Shown here in pieces: positions 1 to 12,199 of a DNA stretch of 64,000 nucleotides. The notes beneath the pieces were generated by a model that was given only the letters and a program-made list of their open reading frames with translations, was not told where the DNA came from and ran no database searches. Location of the stretch: the NCBI GenBank assembly GCA_973851085.1, contig OZ316775.1:372001-436000 (forward strand). The letters are read 5' to 3'. Position numbers and translations under genes: made by a program. This DNA comes from Ptychomitrium polyphyllum. Taxonomy: Eukaryota. How positions within the stretch are numbered: position 1 is the first letter of the stretch; each line of letters starts with the position of its first letter.

Positions 1-1019
1 TAAAATTTGGTTCTGAGGAAATTATTAAGGAATCAATAAATATTGTCCTTTTTGGACTGTGGTGTTCAAAAATTTCATAACAGAATCAGCATGATGTGGA
101 GGTCAATTCTACAAAAGCTAGACATACTTTAAAAAGTCTTATACTATGGGGAAACTTAAATTTGGTAACAATATTGCTAGCATAGATTGTCCAAGCCTGT
201 AAGTGGTTCATAGGTGTCAAGTCACCACACTCCGCCTATCGGACAATCTAAGGCGTAAATACAAACTAGTATAGACTTCTGCTTGGCAGCACCCATAGAT
301 AAAGGCAAAAAAGAGAAGAGGAGCTTTAAGCGGCGGGAAGAATGAAAACTTCATTTTTTTCTCTTTTCTTCTTTTTAAGTTGTGAAAGGAAAACTTAAAG
401 AAAAGATGAATTTAAAGGGAAGAAAACTTAAAGAGAAGAAAAAAAGAGCTTAAAGAGAAGAAAAGAAAATGAAAAGGCCGAGAAAAAAAATAAAAAATGC
501 AAGAACGATAGAATTAGAATGGCGGCGGAGAAAATGAGTAATGGTTTGGATGTGCAATAGTTATAATGGCCAAGCTAAACTATCATGATTGATACTGGGA
601 CTTAGCATACACTATCATCATTAGGAACAACAGCTTGAATGACAGATTTAGATGGACCAAGAGCTATGGGTAGGTGGATTTGAGAGTCTTCAATGTAGCA
701 ATAGAAGTTGAATTTATTAAAATCTACACAGACAAAATCAAAATTAAAGTAGTCATTGGCTACTAGTAGAACTATATTAATTGATAGCGGATACTAAATG
801 TTGTAGGAACCATACCATTTGTTTTTGAGTTTGCCAATATGAAAATTAATTCTTTTTAGATACCAAAGAACATAATCACTAAGGTTCAAAGTAATATTCT
901 TACCTCAAGCCATGGTAAGTTGAGCTGAATTCCATTGTGACATTCTTTGGTGGTCTTGGGCGTGTAGACAATTTTTGTCCAATTTCTCTAAATTGGTAAT
1001 TCACGCAATAAGAATACGG

Positions 1020-2162
1020 TGTCGTGAAAAAAGAACCTTCCTTTGAGAAAGTACTAGGCCTCTAGCAGCTATTAAGCATTCAACAAGTTTGACAAGACAA
1101 TATTTATCTATTTGTTTAAATGAAAAAGTTCTTTGATCATGCTTTTTAAGTTTTATAAAGATCACAATCCAAATCCAAACGATAATTACATACTGCCATA
1201 AAAATCCCGCTTACAATTTTACTCATATTTCCTATTTTAAGAGTTTAATGAATCTGATATTTTGACTCTATGTTTTTAAAATTTATATTCAACTATGGTA
1301 AAAATTTCATAGCCCAAGCTGCTATAATTAGTGAAAACCATGCTTTTAAAGTTCTTACTCTCTATTTTCCACAGTTCATGGATTTCTTCTACTTCACCAC
1401 TTCATAACTTTTATTTTATTTTAGTTATAGACTTAAAAATTTATAAATACATTATCCATCTTACAATGAATACTTTGCTAAAATTTCAATTTCAAAAATT
1501 CCTTTAGTCTTCTCTTATGGCCCAAAATATACAACCCCAATTCTATTGTATACAACTCACAAAGTCCCAACTACAATTTTCCTTGTATCTTCCACTATAC
1601 AAGCCTTTTTTTCCAAATTTTTACAATATCATTTTTAAATAGTTAAAATAATACCTTCCAAATTTCATTACCAAATTCTAAATATACAAAAAATCATAAG
1701 CACAAAAAGTAGCTACTTCCCAAAATTCAAGCAATTGACTCAACTTCATTCAAACTAAAGCCTTGGTCACATACTAACTTCAAATGGAGTATATGATAGC
1801 ATTCCAAAAAGCCTACAAAAAAAAATAAAAAATCCAATAAAATTCAACTCAAACTAAGAAATACACAATAGAGTATCGGCTAGAGAAGGACAGCCTTATA
1901 TACTAAATTGAAGATGTTAAAAAGGAAAAAGAAGAATAGAAGTCAAATTTCCACATCAGCCCCTTATCTTTCCACATCAGCTCCTTCTCCTCTTACCTCA
2001 ACTCCTTATCTCTTTACATCATTAAAAGAAATCATCCAAATCTTCTACTTTTTTTTACTTTTTTTTTTTTCTCCTAAAATTTCTTTCCAAATACAATAAA
2101 CTAAAATTTACAAAATAATAAAAACTTACTTTATTTTAAACCATACAACTAATTACATTACA
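1020..2162. mobile_element. Solo LTR (family A, copy 1) inserted in the gypsy integrase
   Basis: TG...CA ends; 4-bp flanks ACGG/ACAG; removing it restores the integrase frame (DHQYRILIA); similar along its length to 2622-5176. Confidence 0.7.
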
Positions 2163-3272
2163 ACAGTACTGATGGTCAAAAGTACAGTTTTCCAGTGGTA
2201 CAAGAAATGGCTTTTAAGTATTTGGTAGATATATGAGGAAGTAGGCAATACAAAAGTTGAAGTAGAGAGTGATTGATTGCAATTTTGTACATAGTACAAT
2301 AGACAAGTATGGCTGTAGAAAGGTAAATGTCTCAATCCGTGCAATGCTTATGAACAAGTTTTTGGAACATGCCAAAAATAATGTTGTTGGTGGACTTAGT
2401 TTGGCCATTGTTGTGGGAATAGTATGTCGTCGATATTGTGTATTTGATAGAAAAATGTTCCACAAGGGTTTGAATTAGCATGTTGTTGAAATGTACCCTT
2501 TAGTTGTTGATAATATAGAAGGAGTAACCAAAGCATGTAAGGATGTACTTATAGATGATCGGTGCAAATTCTTAGGCAATGTTGCCCTTTAATGTGATGC
2601 CTTCAACTCACTTAATAGCATTGTTGTGGTGAAAATAGTAGCTATAGAAAAAATAGGGTCTTTTTTAGCATCTAATTGATCAAGATTAAGATGCATGAAG
2701 AGTTTATATTTCTAACATCTAATGAAGCAAATACTCTACCCAAAATTTTCCTTTTACGTTGCTTTGAAAATCCCGAATGCTAAATATGTCATAACTTCTA
2801 GCAAATTAATGAAAAGCATCTAAAATTTTAACAAAACCGTCTTGAAACATTTATTATGTTATATATAAATTTTTATTTCCAAATCCTTAGTATCCTTTAG
2901 GACCTATACCTTCAAAGTTTACATTCTTCATTGCTACAGCTTCTATACCCCTATCACTTTACCACTTCATAATTCTTTTTTTATTGCAAATTCAAACTTT
3001 AAACTTTGTATACATAATTAATATCTTATAATATACACCTTATCAAAAGATCAACCTTAGAAATTCCTTCAATCATTTACAATGACCCAAATTGTGCAAC
3101 TCCAAATTCAACTATACACTGCCTTTTAAGTCTTGGTTGCATTTTTCTTTGTATCTTTTGCTCAAGAAGTCCAATGCTCATTAATTTTTATTTTTATTTT
3201 TCCAAAGTAATTTAAACCTTTTTCTCAAAATTTCACTTACAAAAAATCTTTCTACAAGAAGTTACAAACATT

Positions 3273-3640
3273 AAATAAAAATATATATATTTTTATAAAA
3301 CAACTAAACATAAATTTTAATTGAAAAAAAAATTTAGTAATTTAGTTTGGTTTTTTTGCTAGTTACAGTATATATATATTTAATATATATTTAATAAAGT
3401 TTAGCCTGCATGGATAAGCTTATATTAACCCGTTAAAATTTATAGATATTACTAAAATATTATATAAAATTAATAAAATATTAATGTTTCTTTTTTTATT
3501 TAATTTTTTTTAAAATTTAAACGGGAAGCCGTATGAAATGAAAATTTCATGTACGGTTTTGTAAAGTAACATTAAAGGTAACTTTTTTGTTAACTTTTTC
3601 ACTACAACACCAAAAAAACCAAATTCTGCCTTACGTAAAG
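3273..3640 (+). other. rps12: Nuclear plastid DNA (NUPT): 3' part of the rps12 group II intron plus the start of exon 2
   Basis: Group II domain V GAAGCCGTATGAAATGAAAATTTCATGTACGGTTTT at 3525-3560; 3601-3639 encodes TTTPKKPNSALRK, the start of plastid S12 exon 2, then breaks off. Segment is absent from the sister LTR copy. Left edge approximate. Confidence 0.88.
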
Positions 3641-3861
3641 AAATAGCTGCCCTCAAAAACTCAAGGTAGCTAACTTAACTTTACTCAAATTAAAGCCACA
3701 ACCACATATTAACTCCAAATGAAGCGTGTAATGGCTTTTTGAAAAGCTTTCAAAGAAAAAAAATACACTCAATAAAAATCAACTCAAACTAAGAAGTATA
3801 CTATGAGATCTCACCCAAAGAAAGGTTGCCTTCTTATTCTAGTGGAAGAGGCCAAGAGACA

Positions 3862-4456
3862 TGTTAGAGACATAAGAAACAAGAAGCAGAAACGAAGTGT
3901 TTTTAAAGAATTAGCTTCCAAAGAGCTAATAAGAACTTGCTACAAAAATTAAAATAAGGCAAGATTCAAGATGATTCCCAACTTGTGTTGGCAAGATTAA
4001 GGAATACCTTGTTTTGCCTCCTATTTATACTATGACGTTTGTATCTCCTAGGATACTTCTAAAGAAGCTTCCTACAAGGCTTAAGATTGTTCTAAAAGTC
4101 TAGGGAACCTTCCTGAGAAGTTTCCTAAGATGTTGGAACCTTCTCAAAAAGCTTTTTAGGAGTTGGAACCTTCCTCGGAAGTTTCTTAAAGTAACAGAAC
4201 CTTCTTAAGAAGTTTTTTAAAGAGGTAGAACCTTCTTAGGAAGTTTCATAAGGTGGAGGAGTGTTTCTAGGAAGTTTCCTAAGACAATAGAACCTTCCTA
4301 GGAAGTTTCCTAAGATGGGGGAACTTTCCTAGGAAGCTTCCTAAGAATATGGAAAGGCTATGGAGACATGTAAAAGTATTCTAAGAAGCTATTATAGTAT
4401 ACTAAAAGGTTCTAGAATGTTCTAAGGACTATGTTGTATGATCTATGTCTGTGACA
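3862..4456 (-). mobile_element. Solo LTR (family B) nested in family A copy 2
   Basis: TGTTA...TGACA ends; flanks AGACA/AGAAA (5-bp TSD, one mismatch); reverse-complement homolog of 11543-12144; internal ~21-bp tandem repeats; empty site visible near 1920 in copy 1. Confidence 0.88.
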
Positions 4457-4614
4457 AGAAAAGAAGAGGGCGGTGGTCAAACTGCCACATCCACCCCTTA
4501 TCTCTTTACATCAGCTCTATCTCTCTACATCAGCTATATTTCTCCACATCAGCTCCTAATCTCTTTTATTAAATCCTTATCTAACCATATTTTTAAATAA
4601 AAAACAACATAAAT

Positions 4615-4688
4615 TCTTTTCTTTTGCTTTTCATTCTTTTCTTTCTTTTCTTTTGCTTTTCTTTCTTTTCTTTCTTTTCTTTCTTTTG
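4615..4688. repeat. (CTTTT)n-like simple repeat
   Basis: Directly visible degenerate CTTTT/CTTT units. Confidence 0.75.
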
Positions 4689-7600
4689 GTTGAAACTTCT
4701 AGGTTCCAACTACAAAGAAGATAAAATCAACCCTCACAAATCTAAAATAGAAATTAAAATAATTAAAATAAATTAAATAAAGTAGAAAAAAGATTTAAAT
4801 TCAACAAGAACCAAGTTAAGAATAAAACCATTGTTGAGGTAGGATCAAACACCAAGTCATGAACTTGGTTGACTGGATAAGTTTTAGCTGCTGAACCGGT
4901 CCGAGTTTGATTCTTGTCGGACTCGTTGAATAGAATGGCAGCACTTGACTTAGTACTACTAGCAAAAATGGCAGGCAGGAAAAACTATAGTCAACCGACC
5001 TAATTACCCTGAGCTAAGATAAGATGCGGTTCCACTTCCAAGATAAATAAAAATTGTGGTTTCATCACAACTCTTTTTTAATCTAATCATTTCATTTTCT
5101 TAAAACTCTTTTCCAAATACACCAAATAATAAATACTACTCAAGTTTTAAATTATACAATTAAATACATCTTGACAACGTAATTAGTAGTGAATAGTATA
5201 TACCAATGACCAAAGTGTCAAGTACAAGGAAGAAGGCCAATGAAATCAAGGCTCCATTTCATAAAAAATTTAGCGGGTAAAAATACAACTAGTTTGGTGG
5301 TGACTAATTTTGTAAGGTTGCCAATATATTGATAAGTAAGGTAGGTGCAATAGTAATTGAAAGTATCTTTGTAGAATGTTAACAACCAATAACCGGCATT
5401 GTTAATTTTTGAAACAGTGATGTCTATCAAAAAGTGTCCACCGGAAGTCCCATTATGGAATTTAATAAGGATTTGCGGTATCACAATAGTAGATATGCAG
5501 CCGCAAAGAATGAGATCTTTGCCTTGCTGATAGAGGTTATTGTCAATAAATTTGAGTAAAATAGCCTTGAAAGCTAAATATTTTTGGCGTTTACGTGTAG
5601 AGTCTAGAGACAAATATCGGTGCAGTGATATTCGGCAATGGTAAATAACCATTTGGAATCTACTGCATATATTGAAGCGTCAACGGGGCTGTTAATAATG
5701 GAAGTATGTAAATTACTGGCAGTATTAGATAAAGCGTCCGCGATACCATGAATTTTATTGAATTTATAAACCATGATAAAATCAAATTCCATAAAAAATA
5801 AGAGCTAATAAGCCATACGACTAAATACCTAAGTTTTGTTGAGCAAGTATATGAAGGCCATTTCATCAACATAGATTATGAATTTGTTGTCCAATAGCTA
5901 ATGACAGAATTTATTGATGACATAGACCATTGCTAATGCTTCCCGTTTGGTTGTGGTATAATTCTTTTCAACCTTATTGAAGATATGTGATGCATAAGCA
6001 ATGGGTTGGTCAACGCAACCGGTAGGACTTTGTGCAAGCATGGTACTAAGTGCAAAGTCTGAAGTATTGGTATGAATGTGAAATTCTAATTTCCAGTTGA
6101 TAAAAATGAAAATTGGTGCCGAGAGGTACCGGACTTTGATTTCTAAATAAGCGGTAGTATAATTGATAGTCTAGTTGAAGGGCTTGTTTTTCCTTGTGAG
6201 TTTGGTAATTGGAGCCATGATGGCGGCATAATTGCAATTATAACATCTATTAAATTGGGCAAGGGCGTTAAATATTTGAATTTCTTTGATGTCACAAGGT
6301 GGGGGCATAATAACTAAATCTTTTATTTTGGCAAGATCAAGGAATCAACCGGCTTTAGAGACTATATAACCAAGAATTATTCTTGAATAGGCATTTACTT
6401 GGATTGAAACTGATATCACATTTGCGACATTTGATGAAGCATAAGTAAAGTTTAGCAAGATGGGAGTTAATATTGCTATAGAAGTTGAAGTTGTCCAAAA
6501 ATATTTTCATAAAGTTGCCGAGATAGTCTTTTAAATCTCAGTTGACCACTTGTTGGTATATCAAAGGTGTATTTTTAAAACCAAACAACATTACTATCAA
6601 AATAATATTCTCTATTTGGTAATAAATGCAAAGTTGTGGCAATTGTTTGGATGGATTTGGATTTGATGATATCCCAAAAATCCATCAAAAGATGAGTACA
6701 TTGCATGTCAAGCTATCAAGTCTAGGACATCATTGGTAAAGGGCAAGAAATAAAGGTTTTTTTTGTGGCGGCATTAAGTTGGCGGAAAATGACGCAAATG
6801 CATAGTTTTCAATTTTTCTTGGGTACAACGACAATGGAAGATAGTCAAGAAGCTTCGGCTATCGGAGAAATGAAATCCTTAATTAAAAGACAATTTAGTT
6901 TGTTTTTAAGGGCTTTAGTATGATTGGGATTCATTTGGTAGTAAACTTGGTAAGAAGGTCATATAATAGTCTCAAGGCAATACGACGTTGGACAATATGG
7001 ATTGGTATCCTTGTCAAATCTGTATAAGTCCATGCAAAGACATCCTTAAATTTTGCAAAATAGGACTTCAGCTTGAGTCACTAAATTGCTTGAATTGTCA
7101 GTATTGACCTTGATGGTAGAAAGGTTGTTGGGAGTACCAAGGTTTAAGTGACAAAATTGGAATTCCTTGATAGTGTTTCATTTTGCAAGCTTGTAATGGT
7201 CCAAGGTTTTTGTAATTGGTATAGCATTGATTGATATGGAACCCGGGGTATAGGAAATTATTATAAATGGACTATCCAATTGCAAGGATTTATGTAAATT
7301 GGAAAGAGTAAGGATATCGATTGGGGGGAGGTAATCTTCAGATGCATGGAGGATGTCTTCTTCCTCATTAGTAATGCCTTAGATAAAATTATAAGATACC
7401 ATATCATTAAGTATTGTTGCTACAAGACCGAGCTTTTGCTGAACCGAGATGGTTTTGACCATACTATTCTTCATAGTCTTGATTTTGTTGTTTGCCTAAT
7501 TATGGATAACCTGTGAATTTTTCAACCATGAACTTTTGAAAAGAATGGAATATGTGGACTGGACATCTGTAGAGGTTATGACAGCAAGAAGGACAATATA

Positions 7601-10600
7601 CAATATACCATGGATGCAAATTTTGATATTTTGCAATATATCAATATATTGGATAAGTGAACCGTCTCCTTTGGTTCTAATAGAACTATCTAATACAATT
7701 ATTGCCATAGATAGGCAATTAGTCATTGAGACAATTAAATAAGTTCTTGTACTGAAATGAAAATATTGTGTATTTGAATTTGTGTACATATTCATTGTGT
7801 GGTAGAAAAGGCTAGGACCAAAAGTTGTGGAGGTTTGGTTGTTGGTACAGGATGATTTTGAAGCTCCTAAACAATGCGGATTATGTGGTTGCAAATATCC
7901 TCCGTAGTCTGTTAGTCAATATTTGCCAACGGTATTGGCAATGGAATATTGGTAGCTATTACTTAACATCAAATTATAGAGCCAATATGACAAAATCCAA
8001 TGGTATTGACATCAAGAGGTGATTGATTTTTGACAAGTTCCTATTTTTCCTATGGATGTAGCATTTGTCTTCATCATTTTAGTGTAGAGGACATCAATGG
8101 CCAGGGTGATCCATAAATCCGCACACATGATACAAAAAGCATTGGGTCGGTTGCATCATTCAACAAGTATCTATAGTGGCAAAAGTTGGTAGTGATTTGA
8201 CTTGATAAATGCCTAGAGGTTGTTGGCGTTGTCTAGCATAAGTACTTTTAGGATTCTTATAACAAAAGTTCCAAGTGTGATTCATGTAGTTGCAACAAGT
8301 ACATGGTTGAAAAAAACGTTAGGATTGGTTGGAAGTACTAGGAAGCTGTGGAGAATATTTTGGAAGTCCCTCTTTGACAAGTTGAGCGGACCAAATGGCA
8401 TTGGTGAAGGTGAAACTTGGAAGGCCTACCATAGCAACTTGAATGTTATCCTGGAATCTCGCCCAAAAGGTGCTTACTATGAGTGTGTTATCAGGTGGAT
8501 TGGTTAAGTCTTTGACAAGTTTTAATAGACTTTTAATAAAATCTTCTACCAATTTAGAAGGATTTGGGCGCATACTGCGGAAGCAAAAATATGTTTGGTC
8601 ATTGGTTTTAATTAATTAATAGTGTTTTCTGAATGCAAGGAGGAGATCATCCAAATTGTCATAAAGAAATTGGATGCGATGGAATGTGTACTAAGTAGAT
8701 TTTTTGTTAATGAGGATACTATCAAACAGTTCTAGATGGATCAGAAGACTAATTATACCATTTAAAGTAAGTATTGCTAAGAACTTTTGACAATGATATT
8801 CAAGATATTTTTCAATCTGATAACTAGAATATGAAAGAGCCTTTCTAATAGGAGGGTGGACAAGAAGTTGCATTGTAGATGAAGGTAGAACTAGTGGTCA
8901 AACTATTGGATGGTTTGTGGTCTACTGGTACCCGGTGGGAAAAGTAAAATGTGGGTAAACGGCTAGATGGGGGATGTTGCGGAAAAGTTGTGCAATATTC
9001 AATAGACTCCAAAAGTAAGATACATCAAAGTCGTGGTTTGGGGATGGTGGATTGGCGGTAGAAGAGAAGGAATTGGTGGTAGGGCTATTAAAAGTGCCAT
9101 CCAATATGGTATTTGGAAAAAAATGTATAGTTGGATTAGTCGTAAATTCTTGCCATAGAAATTATACTTGTGGTATTGGCTATATGATCGAAAACGATGG
9201 CATTTGTACTAAGACAAAACTGTCATCTTTACATGTCCATCGGTTAAATGGGGTTTGAAATGAGGCATTAAGTTGGCGAATGCTTTTTTGGAAGAATGAA
9301 AAGTCATTCCAAAGATTGCGTGGAATGTATGTGGAATACTGACTAGCAAGTAGATTTGGTTAGTGGACACAATGAGCACGTAGAGGAAAATGAAAATGGA
9401 AAATGTTTTTGGCCGTTTGAGAACTTTGGATATGCTATAATGAATCCATTTGCAAGAATTGAGGGAAGAAAGAGTTGTTAAAAGTAGTAAATGAAAGATC
9501 TAAATAATATAAAGTACGTGCTAAATGTAAATTGGTATATTGTGTGGAAATAAGTTCTAAAGGAAGTGGAGGTCCTTGTTTATAGATGTGAGGACAACTC
9601 ATAGAATAAAAAGAGTAGATTATAGAAAATAAGGCTAGACCATGCGGAAAGATGATGGCATGGTATGCAATATTAGTATTTAGAAATATTAAAGGAAAGA
9701 GTATTGCATACCTATCATATTTGAATTGAAAAGAGCAATATAGAATTATTCTTTGAAAGAATGGATTGCAAACTATTAGTGCACATAAGAAGGCGCCATA
9801 GAATAGAATTGTAGGAATGGTGCAGAGCAAGAAAAACCTAGTAAAAAGACTATATGCTTACCAAATGTTATGGTTGATAATCACCAAGTAATCAAAAACT
9901 TGGTAGTTCTTTACTATAGAATCCTTATCCAATAATGGCTGGCTATATCAACATTATCATTGGTAACTACCAAGTATTTGGAAACTTGGTAGTTCTTTAT
10001 TGGAGAATGTTGATCTAGGAAAAACAATCTATACAAATTTATAGTCAATACCACCAAATGGAAAAGACATAGAATTATTAAAGATCAAACCATAAAATAC
10101 TATAGAATTTGCTAGAATAGAAGAACATACATAAAAAACATTTACACTAAAATGAAACTGAGGAGAGGATCAAAGAATGAAGTTATAACTTGTTTCATAG
10201 AAAAAGCAAAATATAACACACCCTCAATTTTCTTAGTTGAAGGTTCAAATATTAGATTCAAAATCCTATAAAAGTTGATCTACATTTGTTTGTTTGAACT
10301 AATAGATTACTACTATCATCCGGTAGTTATCAGTAGAAGATGTTTAGTAGTACCAATAGAAGAAGATTGGTAGAGAAAATTTGGTAGTACCAGATATAAC
10401 AGCTAGTAGCTTAGTAACAAAGACAATTACAGAAAATCTTCTAGCAAAATATTTAGTAAGGAATGATTTCTTCTCAATAATCTTTCCTCTGAAATGGACT
10501 ATTAAAAATCAATCCTTGGTAATTAGTTATTGACAAAAATAGAACTTTAAAATCAAATTTATATTAATTAGGTAAATTGTTATAATGAAGCAGCTTTGCC

Positions 10601-11542
10601 ATTAAAGGCGGCACGTAATTAATACCTTAGTACAATTTCTAGTTTAAAGTTTGGAGTTAATAAACTTCGTGTATGCTTTTTGAATCTAAATCTAGTTTTC
10701 TTTGGATCCTTTCTTTTTTTTGTTTTTGAATGATCGAGTATGATGGCAAAGTGCTAATCTGTGATTGGTAATTTAGGATTGATTTGAGAATTGTGTATTT
10801 ACACTATAGATTGGAATTGTAGTATAGTTTTTGATTAAAAGATGTTTAACTAATTACTAAATGAACAATTATCAATAGGTTAGAAAACACTCCAAGGAGT
10901 ATTTCCATCATATATACCGATATGGGCAAAGATGGTTGCACTGCCCACTATTGTGAAAAATATGCTATCAATGAAGATCAATACCAGGATGACAAGGATG
11001 ACAATGCTGCCATCTTTATTAGCCAAAATGCAACCGCTTGACTAACAATTCCTGACACAGCAGATATAGACCCAAAATAAAGTCTTTGTAATAATGTTCA
11101 AATGATAATCCTCTCAAAAGATAAGATCAAATCAAACTATCAATTTTTGCAATATTAGGCCATGGATGAAAGATCACCTTGACCGTTTACATAGTACCTT
11201 GGTTAGAACAAGAAAGACATCACAAAGAAGGGGATTTTGGATTATCAAAAAGATCTGTGCATGGCAACGGTGACACAAAAAGAAAATGTCAAATTCATTG
11301 CACCAACTCTTCTTTTATGATCTTATAAGGTTAAAGTACCGAGATTATTCGTCATTTGCAAATTTGTCAATGTTATGACATTATCTTAAGCTTGAAATTG
11401 CCAAATTTTTAGGGATATCTTTAGGTGCTGGGAAGAAAACATATAGATTGACAAGTTTGAGGAGTTGTGTGAGCTATGGAATTATAACATTATGGTTTTT
11501 TCTCTTAAAAATTGCTAAAAAGTGATATCTGTAGATAGAATT

Positions 11543-12144
11543 TGTCACAGACATAGAGCATGCAACATAGTCCTTAGAACATTCTAGAACCTTCTAATAT
11601 ACTATAATAACTTCTTATAATACTTTTAAATGTCTCCATAGCTTTTCCATGTTTTTAAGAAGCTTCATAGGAAAATTTCACCACCTTAAGAAAATTTCCT
11701 AGGAAGGCTCCATCATTTCAGGTAACTTCTTAGGAAACTTCCTAAGAAGGTTCCGCTATTTTAGGGAATTTCCAAGGAAGGTTCTAACATCTTAGAAAAT
11801 TTCTATGGAAGGTTCCAACTTCTTGAAAGCTTCTTAAGAAGCTTCCAACATCTTAGGAAACTTCTTGAGAAGGTTCCCTAAACTTCTTGGGAAGGTTCCC
11901 TAAACTTCTAAAACATTCTTAAGCTTTGTAGGAAGCTTCTTAGAAGTATCCTAGGAGATACAAATGTCATAGTATAAATAGGAAGCAAGATAAGGTATTC
12001 CTTAGTCTTGCCAACACAAGTTGTGGATCATCTTGAATCCTGCCTTGTTCTAGTCTTTGTATCAAGTTTTTGTTAATTAGTAGCTCCTTGGAAGCTAATT
12101 CTTGGAAAACACTTCATTTCTACTTCTTTCTTATGTCTTTAACA
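11543..12144 (+). mobile_element. Solo LTR (family B)
   Basis: TGTCA...TAACA ends; perfect 5-bp TSD GAATT/GAATT; TATAAATA at ~11973; internal GGAAGGTTCC-type tandem repeats. Confidence 0.92.
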
Positions 12145-12199
12145 GAATTAGGTCTAACTAGGAATTTAATTAATCTTTAAAGAGATCTTAGTGTAATTT

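Larger units (their letters stand above)
2622..5176. mobile_element. Solo LTR (family A, copy 2) enlarged by secondary insertions
   Basis: TG...CA ends; 4-bp flanks GCAT/ACGT; removal restores the integrase frame T-N-Y-A-I-K; collinear with 1020-2162 except for inserts at ~3273-3640, 3862-4456 and ~4690-5090. Confidence 0.7.
700..9300 (-). mobile_element. Degenerate Ty3/gypsy gag-pol region, interrupted by nested solo LTRs (outer limits approximate)
   Basis: Minus-strand translation gives domains in gypsy order: CCHC-like knuckle (~8100-8140), RT (LNAAT ~6770, GYHQI ~6660, MKIFLDNF ~6490), RNase H (~5750-6100), integrase Zn-finger and WSLDFIG (5181-5560), integrase core (2167-2617; YILTCFG...STTYYSHNNGQTKSTN) and C-terminus (700-1015; DYVLWY...KWYGSY). 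Many stops and frameshifts. Confidence 0.85.

Noticed and set aside
3525..3600. Functional nuclear group II intron
   Set aside because: Only the 3' intron domains and a truncated exon are present, with no 5' half or maturase; explained as a plastid DNA fragment.
4090..4345. Regularly spaced ~21-bp semi-palindromic repeats (also 11650-11940 and 63110-63300)
   Set aside because: They are internal tandem repeats of LTRs and have no unique spacers.
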